Below, piece after piece: positions 1-9,161 of a stretch of 64,000 nucleotides of DNA. The notes under the pieces are model-generated. The model had not been told where the DNA came from, searched no databases, and was given only the letters and a program-made list of their open reading frames with translations. A program made the position numbers and the translations under genes. Numbering within the stretch: the stretch's first letter is position 1; every line of letters starts with the position of its first letter. Source of the DNA: Planctomycetaceae bacterium. Its GTDB lineage: Bacteria; Planctomycetota; Planctomycetia; Planctomycetales; Planctomycetaceae. Where the stretch lies: the NCBI GenBank assembly GCA_041749515.1, contig JBGTBF010000043.1, forward strand, positions 85,526 through 149,525, in the 5' to 3' direction.

Positions 1-1667
1 TCATGCCTGGAACCGGTCAGGTTTGTTCGGTTCAGTCTTTTAAGTTGATAGAACTTGAGTCCAGACACAAAGAAGGTTCCCGCCGCAACAAGGCCAAAAA
101 TTGTGAGTGCAATCGATGGAAACAGCGCCATCGGTATTGCCGTTAAAAACAGAAGAACCGCGTGGACATAGAATTCACCAGATAGAATCCCGGCTTTCAC
201 AACAAATACACTGCCAGTGATCAAAGCTAATACTGGCGAGAGCTTCAGAACCGGTAAGTCGAGCAGGTACTCGACTCCATAGAGTGCCGACGAACTTGCC
301 ATGCTTGCCGCCCAAACATGTGCGATCTGCCTTTCAACGAAAGTAACCGGTCCGGCCAGGTGTCGCAGCTTCCAGAAGATCGCCGCCCAGGCACCTAAGC
401 CAACGCACCAGACTCCGACATAAAACCACCGACTCTCGACCTGTTGATAGTGCGCGAAGTCAGTTGCAATACAGAGCACAAACAGTACGCAGGCATGCAA
501 CATCCAGAGTAACCCCCAGTTTTCCAAAACCCCTGCATGATGCGTAGGGCGAAAAGCGCGGCTCAACACTTGACTGAAATGAGACGACCGTGCCGAGACT
601 GGCTCGTTATTCAAATAGGCTTGTAAGTCGTCCGCGAGTTCGTCTGCGGAATCGTAACGCAGGTCGGCCGGTTTCTGCATCGCCTTGAGGACAATCAGTT
701 CCAGATCAACATCGATCTGCGGATTCAGCAACCTGGGCAGCGGCGGATCCTGTTCGAGAATCATCAAGATCGCATCGACAGGTGAAGCTGCCTGAAAGGG
801 AGCCCGACCGGTCAAGCAAGCGTAGACGATCGCTCCAAGACTGTAGATGTCTGTCGCTTTGCTGACGATGCCGCGATCACCGACCGCCTGCTCGGGAGCC
901 ATGTAACCTGGCGTACCAAGAATCGCCCCACTTTCAGTTAGTGAAGGATGATCGGTGCCTGCACCTTCGACAAGTGAAAACCGTTTTGCCAAACCAAAGT
1001 CCGATACATACGGGACTCCTTTTGCGTCAATCAGAATATTGGACGGCTTCAGATCGCGATGCAAAATCCCGGAACGATGAGCATGGGCAATGGCCCGGCA
1101 GATCGGAATCATCAAACTTGCCGTATCGCGATTAGAAAGAGGGGCTTCAGCAATGCGTTTTGAAAGCGTCGTCCCTTCGATGAGTTGCATACTGAAAAAT
1201 GGAATCTCCGCAGCGTCACCCACTTCAAAAACACTGACGATATGCGGATGGTCCAGCCCCGCTCCCGATTCTGCCTCTGACTGAAAACGGGCCAATTGCG
1301 TTCGATTGGCAAGATCGTTTCGCAATAACATTTTTACAGCCACAGCTCGATTCAACGATTTCTGTCGCGCTCGGTAAACAACTCCCATCCCTCCGCGACC
1401 AATTTCCCCCTCGAGGATGTAATCACCAATTTCATTGGGAATCTGGAAATTTGCCTGCACTTCAAAAGGTGCTGGATCCTCGGTAAACGCAGAAAGCGAT
1501 GGCCCCAAATTCTCTGCCACCAGAATTGTTGCCCACAGCGAGCGAATATCGTCAGACAAATCTGCGTTCTCAGCGAGAACCCTGTCCAGCTCAACTGGTA
1601 CATTGCGGCTTAACCTGTCGGTAAGCTGCTCCAGGATTTCAAACAGACGGCTATCGTCAGTGGACAT
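1..1667 (-). CDS. Ser/Thr protein kinase (Hanks-type) with a C-terminal polytopic membrane domain. 3' end is truncated by the window edge.
   Basis: Reverse-strand translation from ATG (complement of 1665-1667) gives MSTDDSRLFEILEQL... with a GxGxxG loop (GEIGRGGMGVVYRA), the VAVK lysine, HRDLKPSNIL, DFGLAK and GTPGYMAPE motifs. At least five hydrophobic helices follow. The frame runs open to position 1 with no stop, which is why the ORF track does not list it. Confidence 0.8.
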   Translation of the reverse strand, partial: MSTDDSRLFEILEQLTDRLSRNVPVELDRVLAENADLSDDIRSLWATILVAENLGPSLSAFTEDPAPFEVQANFQIPNEIGDYILEGEIGRGGMGVVYRARQKSLNRAVAVKMLLRNDLANRTQLARFQSEAESGAGLDHPHIVSVFEVGDAAEIPFFSMQLIEGTTLSKRIAEAPLSNRDTASLMIPICRAIAHAHRSGILHRDLKPSNILIDAKGVPYVSDFGLAKRFSLVEGAGTDHPSLTESGAILGTPGYMAPEQAVGDRGIVSKATDIYSLGAIVYACLTGRAPFQAASPVDAILMILEQDPPLPRLLNPQIDVDLELIVLKAMQKPADLRYDSADELADDLQAYLNNEPVSARSSHFSQVLSRAFRPTHHAGVLENWGLLWMLHACVLFVLCIATDFAHYQQVESRWFYVGVWCVGLGAWAAIFWKLRHLAGPVTFVERQIAHVWAASMASSSALYGVEYLLDLPVLKLSPVLALITGSVFVVKAGILSGEFYVHAVLLFLTAIPMALFPSIALTIFGLVAAGTFFVSGLKFYQLKRLNRTNLTGSRH

Positions 1668-1943
1668 AATGTTTTGGCTATTCAGGGATTCGTGTGCGAA
1701 TGTCGAGTTAAGTCGAAGCATTGGAGAAAAATCTGCAATTCCTGATTGATGGTCATGTAATTTCAGGCGCAATACAAATACGCCAGCGTTTATTCAAGGT
1801 GAGAGAGTTGAGTTAGATGCATAAACCATTACTATTCTAAGTACGAGTTCTCGGCCTAAAATCGGTTGATTCGACTTTCCCTGAAAAAAAGCGGAAAGGG
1901 TTTACTTGACATTGTTGATTCAGCCGATACCGTATTCATTCGC

Positions 1944-2016
1944 GGCCCCATCGTCTAGTGGCCTAGGACATAGGATTTTCAGTCCTGTAACACGGGTTCA
2001 AATCCCGTTGGGGTCA
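1944..2016 (+). tRNA. tRNA-Glu (anticodon UUC)
   Basis: Cloverleaf read by eye. Acceptor GGCCCCA/TGGGGTC, D stem GTCT/GGAC, anticodon stem TAGGA/TCCTG with loop TTTTCAG (anticodon TTC), T stem ACGGG/CCCGT with TTCAAAT loop, discriminator A. Closely matches the E. coli tRNA-Glu layout. No CCA is encoded. Confidence 0.9.
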
Positions 2017-2025
2017 TATCCGCGA

Positions 2026-2061
2026 AACGGCGTCAGTTGTAATGACTGACGCCGTTTTTTT
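2026..2061 (+). terminator. Rho-independent terminator after tRNA-Glu
   Basis: Perfect 12-bp stem aacggcgtcagt/actgacgccgtt with a 7-nt loop, followed by a run of 7 T. Confidence 0.6.
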
Positions 2062-2128
2062 ATGCGCTGAAAGTCGTTAGGAACGAGTTAGCCTCTTTAG
2101 TCAGCGGGAATTTGGTCGATTTCCATTT

Positions 2129-2428
2129 GTGTTACCATTTTCTGGTCCAACTCAAAAGAAATTCTTTATGGATACCGCAGCCGCTTGGCAACAACTCTTT
2201 GAAACATGGCCACAAGAACAACCCAGAGTGGGAATTATTGTCACCACCGGTCAAGAAAACATCCCATTCACACGTTTTATGACGATGCCAGGCGTAATTG
2301 CATTGGAGAGGGATCGCCCAGATACAAGTGGTGCCCGTAAGGTAATACTGGCATTAACCGCCATTACGGCAGTTAAAATGACTGACACTAATGACTTTGC
2401 CAACTTGTCGCTACTCGGATTCGAATAG
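2129..2428 (+). CDS. Hypothetical small protein of 86-99 aa. Start is uncertain; an internal Met at 2168 is plausible.
   Basis: Open frame with no recognisable motif. It sits between tRNA-Glu and csrA on the same strand. Confidence 0.3.
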   Translation: MLPFSGPTQKKFFMDTAAAWQQLFETWPQEQPRVGIIVTTGQENIPFTRFMTMPGVIALERDRPDTSGARKVILALTAITAVKMTDTNDFANLSLLGFE

Positions 2429-2635
2429 CTGCCCGAAAAACAGGCAGCGACAAACTGCTCAACAAACAGGCACTCCTACCTGTTCACTGTGAACGCTTGT
2501 TCATACATGGCGAGTCGCTGGACGCGTTGAGGCTGAGGTGATATCCTAATGACGGCAGGTTTAAGTGATTGAGGGAATGCGAAACGCTTGAAGCAGATTG
2601 CGACCCTCCTAAATCAAAGGAAGGAGGCTTCAACC

Positions 2636-2836
2636 ATGCTTGTACTATCACGAAAGATGGGCGAACGAATTTTGATTGGCGAGGACATCTCTGTTACCAT
2701 CGTCAGAATCGGACCCAACACGGTTCGAATCGGAATCGATGCACCCAAAGACAAGAATATTGTCCGGGAAGAGTTACAGCATCCGCCCAGCGAGACAGCG
2801 CAGCCGGTCGTCATCAAAGCTGCGAGCCAGAAGTAA
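2636..2836 (+). CDS. csrA: Carbon storage regulator CsrA (66 aa)
   Basis: MLVLSRKMGERILIGEDISVTIVRIGPNTVRIGIDAPKDKNIVREEL is the canonical CsrA sequence. A strong SD (aaggagg) lies 7 nt upstream of the ATG at 2636. The ORF track's upstream extension from 2588 (TTG) is unlikely. Confidence 0.9.
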   Translation: MLVLSRKMGERILIGEDISVTIVRIGPNTVRIGIDAPKDKNIVREELQHPPSETAQPVVIKAASQK

Positions 2837-2969
2837 TCACTGGGTACGTTTTCACTGTGAGATGTAACCGACAATTCTCACTGTGAGGTGAAACCGACAA
2901 TCCAAGTCGTTACTCAACTAGTTTTGGGCAAGAGTCAATGCAACGTGGATTATTCAGAGCGGGATCTTC

Positions 2970-3365
2970 TCAGGAACTCCGGCGAGATTTTTCGTTGGAA
3001 GGGACCCAGGTTCTTGTGTCATCTTTGAGTTCGTGCAACTCCTCCAAAGTGGGCGGTTTGTTGGACCCGTAACGCTGCTCTACCGTTTTAAAGCTAGGCG
3101 TGTACGGCATCTCCGGACGGGCTTGACGGCTAAAAACCCACAGAAAACTGTTGGAAACAGGCGTACTTGCTGTGTTTTTCAAAAGTACGATCAGGCATAC
3201 CAACAAACCAATTGATGAGCCGAAAATCACTAAAGCCAGCGTAGGATCACTCCCCATAGCTGCCACGATTACCGAAGCTCCCATGGCTCCTAAAAACAGA
3301 ACCGCAGCCGTTGCCAGCATTGGGGCAGTCCGTCTGTTCGGTTTTGCGTCAAATATACGAGACAT
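2970..3365 (-). CDS. Hypothetical small 2-TM membrane protein. Start is uncertain; alternatives are 3422 or 3587.
   Basis: ORF contains two hydrophobic helices (MLATAAVLFLGAMGASVIVAAM and LALVIFGSSIGLLVCLIVLL). No family recognised. Confidence 0.4.
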   Translation of the reverse strand: MSRIFDAKPNRRTAPMLATAAVLFLGAMGASVIVAAMGSDPTLALVIFGSSIGLLVCLIVLLKNTASTPVSNSFLWVFSRQARPEMPYTPSFKTVEQRYGSNKPPTLEELHELKDDTRTWVPSNEKSRRSS

Positions 3366-3615
3366 GGAAATCGATGCTTTAACTGTAGCGAACGTGTCGA
3401 ACGACGAAGCTATTACGTGCATTCTAAGCTTTCTGTTAGAACAAATCCAGAGAATTTCTCTTTCTGCGAAATGAGGGTGCCTTCTGCACTTTGTGCAACA
3501 GAAAGCCATAAAACGTTCAATACTCCCAAATTCGTAGCTCTCAGCGAGGTTGCACGGCTGCGTGAGATTCCTATTATGGGAAGTCACTTAAAAACTTTTC
3601 AATCAGGAAGCACAG

Positions 3616-3936
3616 ATGGCCTCGCCACACGAAAACTACGACGCAGCAATCCAACTCAAAAACAGTGGTGATCTGGAAGGGGCAATTACCAAGCTTAAAG
3701 AGAACGTTGGGGAAACGCCCAATCACACCGATTCACATTCTGCACTAGCAGTTTATTTGCAGCGAATCGGCAAGTTTGAAGATGCTATTGAACACGCCAA
3801 AAAGGTCTGCGAACTTTCGCCCAAAGATGCGTTTTCATACACGCAACTCTCCGTGATTTATGTCAAATGTGGCAAAATCCAAGAGGCTGAAGACGCCAAA
3901 GCAAAGGCCCACGAAGTGCAAGCTGCCAACCGCTAA
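3616..3936 (+). CDS. Small tetratricopeptide-repeat (TPR) protein
   Basis: TPR-like helical repeats (AIQLKNSGDLEGAITKLKENV..., HSALAVYLQRIGKFEDAIEHAKKVCELSPKDAFSYTQLSVIYVKCGKIQEAEDA). Confidence 0.6.
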   Translation: MASPHENYDAAIQLKNSGDLEGAITKLKENVGETPNHTDSHSALAVYLQRIGKFEDAIEHAKKVCELSPKDAFSYTQLSVIYVKCGKIQEAEDAKAKAHEVQAANR

Positions 3937-4111
3937 GGTGGGGTATTATCAATTTAACAAGTAGATTACTTCGTCAAAACGACACTGCGAAGCATTTAAG
4001 ATTCGCCCTGCCTGCAAAAGTCTTCACGCAAAGACATGATCGCGTATGGAAACCGATGCTTGACGGACTTTGAGGTCCGTCGCAGCATTCGTTGCGAATC
4101 AGCGAACCCTT

Positions 4112-5542
4112 TCACTCAGGAAGATCTTTGCCAGAGATTGCTTTGAATTGGGCGCTGATTTGCTGCATGAAAACGGAGTGAGAGTCAATGGTCTTACAAC
4201 CGCGTTCTTTTGCTTCTTTCAGCAACGAAGTCTCGCGCGGGAGATCACTCACATCAAGCACCGTCATTATTGACTTAAATACCGAGGGATTGATCTGACC
4301 GTGTTTTGTGCCCGCTTCGATCTTGGGATCTGCAAGAATCACGACGTCAGCAAGTGTATCATACAGGTTTTGAAACGGTACAACACGACATTTGTTTAAG
4401 TTTGCGGTTGCTTTGGATTCGCGTTCATCCGGTCCGCAGATGCTGACAAGACCTTTCCTTTGCGCCACTGCATATACCATTGACTGTGCAATTCCGCCGC
4501 TGCCGAGTACCAGCACGTTTTGTCGATCAAGCGGATGCGATTCTGAACCCCTTTCTCCCAGAGAAGCCTCAAGGACTTTCAAGCCACTTCTCCACAGAGT
4601 GTTATAGCCATGCCACCCGTCGTCGCGTTTGAGCAAAAGATTGACGTACTGGCTTTGCAGATCGTGCTTATCAACGTGTTCAGCGAGTTGGATGATTTGT
4701 TTGCCGTGTCCGCTGCCAACAATGATCGCCTTGATTTTAAGAACATCCAGCATCTTCTTGAGCTGCTTGAGGTCTCCCAATTCAATGGGCAAACAGCGGA
4801 CATTCATCGCGAGTGCTTTAAAGCCAACGTTCAGAACTTTCGTAGTGGTTGTTTGCGATTCCCCAAAGCCTGCGATGGCGATGAATACCGTTTTGGAATT
4901 GATATCGCGACAATGATAGATTTCGTCAAGTTCGAAGACGGTCGCCTGTCCCGGGTGAGACTGCATGCCTTGCTCCAAGGCAGCATAAATCCAGGGTGAA
5001 CCGTACTTTCTCCCCAGAAGTGAGAACGTCAACTCTGGTCTCCCCAGCCCCATGCCCACCACTGGCAAGATTCGTTTTTGCGAAACCGCAGCCAGCAGAG
5101 GCCACGCAGCATCCAGCGTTGGCGTCGGCCAGGTAAACTTGACGACATCTGCTTTTGCATTGGCCGCTTCGTCGAAGATCGAATCGATATCGTACTCTGG
5201 TCGATCCATCCGCGTGAAGCTGATGACACGTTGCACCGAGCCAAAGCGGGGGACATCCTTCGCCACGTCGAGATCGAGTTCTATGTATGCGGGGCCAGCG
5301 ACAATCGCCTTTCTCAACAGCATCAAACGCTCTTCTTCCGACCCTTTCCACTTGCCCCCGTCTTGAGTACGACGACACGACACAATGATCGGCTTGTTCA
5401 CTGAAGAGATCAAATCCTTGACATCAGGCTCTTTCTGAAAGTGATCCAGGCAAAGTTCAATAATGTCTCCCTGACTGGCCGCATTAAGTAGATCGACCTT
5501 GGCCAACGTTCGCGATGTGGGAGTGACGGTAACACAGATCAT
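4112..5542 (-). CDS. Bifunctional 3-dehydroquinate dehydratase (type I) / shikimate 5-dehydrogenase (AroD-AroE fusion)
   Basis: N-terminal half resembles type I DHQase (MICVTVTPTSRT...). C-terminal half has the shikimate dehydrogenase Rossmann motif (VLVLGSGGIAQSMVYA) and substrate-binding region. Confidence 0.85.
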   Translation of the reverse strand: MICVTVTPTSRTLAKVDLLNAASQGDIIELCLDHFQKEPDVKDLISSVNKPIIVSCRRTQDGGKWKGSEEERLMLLRKAIVAGPAYIELDLDVAKDVPRFGSVQRVISFTRMDRPEYDIDSIFDEAANAKADVVKFTWPTPTLDAAWPLLAAVSQKRILPVVGMGLGRPELTFSLLGRKYGSPWIYAALEQGMQSHPGQATVFELDEIYHCRDINSKTVFIAIAGFGESQTTTTKVLNVGFKALAMNVRCLPIELGDLKQLKKMLDVLKIKAIIVGSGHGKQIIQLAEHVDKHDLQSQYVNLLLKRDDGWHGYNTLWRSGLKVLEASLGERGSESHPLDRQNVLVLGSGGIAQSMVYAVAQRKGLVSICGPDERESKATANLNKCRVVPFQNLYDTLADVVILADPKIEAGTKHGQINPSVFKSIMTVLDVSDLPRETSLLKEAKERGCKTIDSHSVFMQQISAQFKAISGKDLPE

Positions 5543-5804
5543 TCGTATGTCCTTAGAACCCGCTGGGATATTAAGATCATGTTAATCAACTGACGAGAAA
5601 AAGTCTTGCAAAGACATGCGACGAATTTTCGGTAACCAGAGTCAATGAGATTATGATCAAAAAAGTAAAGGACAGTCCTCCGTCCTGAATCGCACCCTTC
5701 ACCCTCAACCCCTCAACCGATTCCCCTCCCCCGGTCGACGTATGCCTGCCTGGTCGATAGGATACGAGTATTGAATTGAGGCAGCATTAAAGAGGAAACG
5801 TAAA

Positions 5805-7043
5805 GTGATCGTTGGCGTAACGAAAGAATCATTCCCGGGCGAGCGGCGTGTGGCACTGGTGCCTGCTTCAGTGACGGCATTGAAGAAGCTTGGCGTTGAC
5901 GTTTCAATCGAAGTGGGAGCAGGAACGGAGGCTGGTTTTCTGGATTCTGCATATCTGGCTGTCGGGGCTAACGTGGTCTCTGATCGAAATTCTGTCATTC
6001 AAACAGCCGACATTTTGTTGCAAGTTCGATCAGCTGTTGCGAATCCGGCAGGACAAGCGGACCTCCAACTACTCAAGGCCGGGCAGATTCTGATCGCCCA
6101 ATGTGATCCACTTTCCGATCCGTCTCAGATGTTAAAACTTGCAGAGAAGAACGCTCTGATCTTTGCGATGGAAATGGTTCCTCGAATCACCCGGGCACAA
6201 AGCATGGACGTTTTGTCATCGATGGCAACCATCGCAGGTTACAAAGCCGTGTTGCTGGCTGCTGTCGAATCTCCGCAAATGTTCCCAATGATGATGACCG
6301 CCGCAGGAACATTGACGCCCGCACGGGTGTTTATCATTGGTGCTGGTGTTGCAGGATTACAAGCGATCTCTTGTGCCCGAAGATTGGGGGCCGTGGTCAG
6401 CGCTTATGATGTGCGACCGGCGGTAAAGGAACAGTGCGAAAGTCTCGGCGCAAAGTTTGTCGAAATGGAACTGGCAACTGCCGAAGGACAAGGCGGATAT
6501 GCGAAGGAAATGGATGAAGAGTTCTATCGCAAACAGCGCGAGTTGATGTTGAAAGTGGTCGCTGACATGGACGTGGTCATTACCACAGCTGCGATTCCTG
6601 GTAAGAAAGCGCCGATTCTGGTCACTGAAGAAATGGTGAAAGCGATGCCCGCCGGGTCGATTGTGATGGACCTTGCAGCAGAGAGAGGCGGCAACTGTGA
6701 GCTGACTCAACCTGGCAAAAACATCGTCGCGCACGATGTTACGATCATGGGACCAGAGAATCTTCCATCGTCAATTCCGCGTCACGCCAGCCAAATGTAT
6801 TCCAACAATTTGACCACGTTTTTGAAGTTGCTCATCAAAGATCGCAAAGTCTCCCTCGATCTCAGCGACGAAATCATCAAAGGGACATTGATTACACACG
6901 GAGGCCAACTGGTTCATCCATTTGTCCGAAAACTGGCAGGTCTCCCGGAGGAACTCGAACCCCTCAAAGTGGAGGCGACCGAACCACCCCCCCCCCCTGA
7001 AAACGATGAAAACGCGGATACGTATAAGATCAGTTTTGATTAA
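5805..7043 (+). CDS. pntA: NAD(P) transhydrogenase subunit alpha part 1 (PntAA; alanine dehydrogenase-like dI domain)
   Basis: MIVGVTKESFPGERRVALVPASV..., an NAD-binding GAGVAG Rossmann motif, GTG start preceded by agaggaaa RBS. The next two genes encode PntAB and PntB. Confidence 0.9.
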   Translation: MIVGVTKESFPGERRVALVPASVTALKKLGVDVSIEVGAGTEAGFLDSAYLAVGANVVSDRNSVIQTADILLQVRSAVANPAGQADLQLLKAGQILIAQCDPLSDPSQMLKLAEKNALIFAMEMVPRITRAQSMDVLSSMATIAGYKAVLLAAVESPQMFPMMMTAAGTLTPARVFIIGAGVAGLQAISCARRLGAVVSAYDVRPAVKEQCESLGAKFVEMELATAEGQGGYAKEMDEEFYRKQRELMLKVVADMDVVITTAAIPGKKAPILVTEEMVKAMPAGSIVMDLAAERGGNCELTQPGKNIVAHDVTIMGPENLPSSIPRHASQMYSNNLTTFLKLLIKDRKVSLDLSDEIIKGTLITHGGQLVHPFVRKLAGLPEELEPLKVEATEPPPPPENDENADTYKISFD

Positions 7044-7127
7044 CAGCGATTGAGTACTGGTTCCCGGTTGTCAGTTCTCGGGACCCCCAAGAGATTCAAC
7101 CAGTCGATATTTAAACAGAGAAATCCC

Positions 7128-7469
7128 ATGTTCGTAAACTTACTACTTGCACAAACAAACACAGCCGAAGTTGTCTCAGCACTGCCGGTCAATGGTGTCG
7201 CACTGGTCACAGGTTTTACGATCTTCGTACTCGCGATTTTTATCGGCAACGAGATCATCGCCAAGATCCCTCCGACGCTGCATACGCCATTAATGTCGGG
7301 GTCGAACGCAATCTCGGGTATTTCACTGGTCGGAGCGATCCTCGCCACTGGGAGTGATCATACTAATCTGGCAACTGTCCTCGGATTTCTCGCCGTAGTG
7401 ACAGCGACTGTGAATGTTGTTGGTGGATTTCTGGTAACGCATCGAATGTTGGAAAAGTTTAAGCGCTAA
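7128..7469 (+). CDS. NAD(P) transhydrogenase subunit alpha part 2 (PntAB, membrane)
   Basis: About 113 aa with three hydrophobic helices (MFVNLLLAQT..., VALVTGFTIFVLAIFIG..., VLGFLAVVTATVNVVGGFLV). Typical PntAB size and position between pntAA and pntB. The ORF track start at 7050 is probably too far upstream. Confidence 0.85.
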   Translation: MFVNLLLAQTNTAEVVSALPVNGVALVTGFTIFVLAIFIGNEIIAKIPPTLHTPLMSGSNAISGISLVGAILATGSDHTNLATVLGFLAVVTATVNVVGGFLVTHRMLEKFKR

Positions 7470-7519
7470 ATCGAACGACTCTCTGAGTTGTTCAACAAAG
7501 TCGCACGACTCCTTGAGTC

Positions 7520-8935
7520 GTGATTTTATCGAGTCAAAGATATTTGTGGAGTTTTGAAGTGGCCCCTGTCTGGATCAATCTGGCGTATCTCATCGCTGCT
7601 GTTTTCTTCATCCTTGGATTGAAGGGAATGACCAAACCTCGTACAGCGGTCCGGGGGAATCTGTTTGGTGCAATCGGGATGCTGATCGCCATCATTGCAA
7701 CGCTCTTGGCCGCAAGTGTGGTTGGTTATGCATGGATTATCGTCGGTGTGATTATTGGGACCGCAATTGGAGTCTATGCAGCCCAGACCGTGAAGATGGA
7801 ACAGATGCCAGAGATGGTCGCCCTGTTCAACGGTTTAGGCGGAGCAGCTTCGTTTCTAGTTGCGGGTGCAGACTTCTATACCAACTCTAGTACAGCTTCG
7901 AGTGATGTCGTGATCGCAACTGCACTCTCTGGAATCATTGGGGCGGTCACCTTCTCGGGAAGTGGAGTCGCTTTTGCGAAACTGGCCGAGTTCAAATTTA
8001 TGAAGAAGATCAAGCCACTCCCGATGCAGCAAATGATGAACGGCGGAATGGCGTTAGGGTTGCTGATCCTGACCGTGATCCTGGTGGCGAGTCCGGGTTC
8101 AATTTTATATTGGCTGATTGTGATTCTTGCCCTGGTGTTGGGCTATTATTTAACACTTGGCATTGGCGGGGCTGACATGCCAGTGGTGATTGCCTTACTC
8201 AACTCGTACTCTGGTCTGGCAGCTGCTGCCACCGGTTTCGTGCTGGGGAATAACATTTTGATCATCGCGGGTTCTCTGGTTGGTGCGAGTGGGCTGATTC
8301 TCACCAAGGTGATGTGCGATGCCATGAACCGTTCGTTGCCGGCGGTTTTGTTTGGAACTCTTGGACCAGCCGCAGATGGTCCAAGTGCGGATGAAGTGTA
8401 TACAAATGTCAAAGCGACCTCAGCGGATGAGGTTGCGATGCTATTGGACATTGCCCGCAAGGTTGTCATTGTGCCTGGGTATGGAATGGCGGTTGCCCAA
8501 GCGCAACATGCCGTGCGCGACCTGACAAATCTCTTGCAAAGCAAAGGCGTTGAGGTGGAGTTTGGTATTCATCCGGTGGCGGGTCGGATGCCTGGTCATA
8601 TGAACGTTTTGCTTGCAGAAGCGGATATTTCTTACGACTTGTTAAAAGAGATGGACGAAACAAATTCGACCATCGAGCAGTGTGACGTCTGCCTGGTCAT
8701 CGGTGCCAACGATACGGTCAATCCAGATGCTCGCACAAATCCGAAAAGCCCTATCGCTGGTATGCCGATTATCAATGCGGATAAAGCGAAGACCTGCGTG
8801 ATTATCAAACGCAGTCTCAGCCCCGGCTTCGCTGGAATTCCTAACCCACTCTTCTCCGCAGACAACGCCCTGATGCTCTTTGCCGATGGCAAGCAAGCTG
8901 TGCAAGATATCATTACCGCTATCAAAGAAGGCTAA
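7520..8935 (+). CDS. pntB: NAD(P) transhydrogenase subunit beta (PntB). True start is probably the GTG at 7559.
   Basis: Polytopic N-terminal membrane domain, then the NADP(H)-binding dIII domain (VIVPGYGMAVAQAQHAV..., GANDTVNP). Confidence 0.9.
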   Translation: MILSSQRYLWSFEVAPVWINLAYLIAAVFFILGLKGMTKPRTAVRGNLFGAIGMLIAIIATLLAASVVGYAWIIVGVIIGTAIGVYAAQTVKMEQMPEMVALFNGLGGAASFLVAGADFYTNSSTASSDVVIATALSGIIGAVTFSGSGVAFAKLAEFKFMKKIKPLPMQQMMNGGMALGLLILTVILVASPGSILYWLIVILALVLGYYLTLGIGGADMPVVIALLNSYSGLAAAATGFVLGNNILIIAGSLVGASGLILTKVMCDAMNRSLPAVLFGTLGPAADGPSADEVYTNVKATSADEVAMLLDIARKVVIVPGYGMAVAQAQHAVRDLTNLLQSKGVEVEFGIHPVAGRMPGHMNVLLAEADISYDLLKEMDETNSTIEQCDVCLVIGANDTVNPDARTNPKSPIAGMPIINADKAKTCVIIKRSLSPGFAGIPNPLFSADNALMLFADGKQAVQDIITAIKEG

Positions 8936-9161
8936 CGCCTCGTCAGTATTTGTGTCGGGCATTGACCTGAGGATGTGTCTCAATGTCACCCGCTTCGTTG
9001 TCGTGAATTCCGTCTTAGCCAACCGTTGAAGAGGCAGTTTGCCTGACCACTTATCCCAAATCTTCTTTCAAGTCTGCAAGGTGGAATGATGAACGAAGAC
9101 ATCAGAAGACAAAATGCGACGTTTGTCAAAATCGACTGCTTGCGAGACTCGCATCTGACCT

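Noticed and set aside
1944-2016. Genomic-island insertion at tRNA-Glu or tRNA-Cys
   Set aside because: No integrase, no direct repeat of the tRNA 3' end, and no compositional shift adjacent to either tRNA. Only noted as weak context for the orphan tfdA gene.
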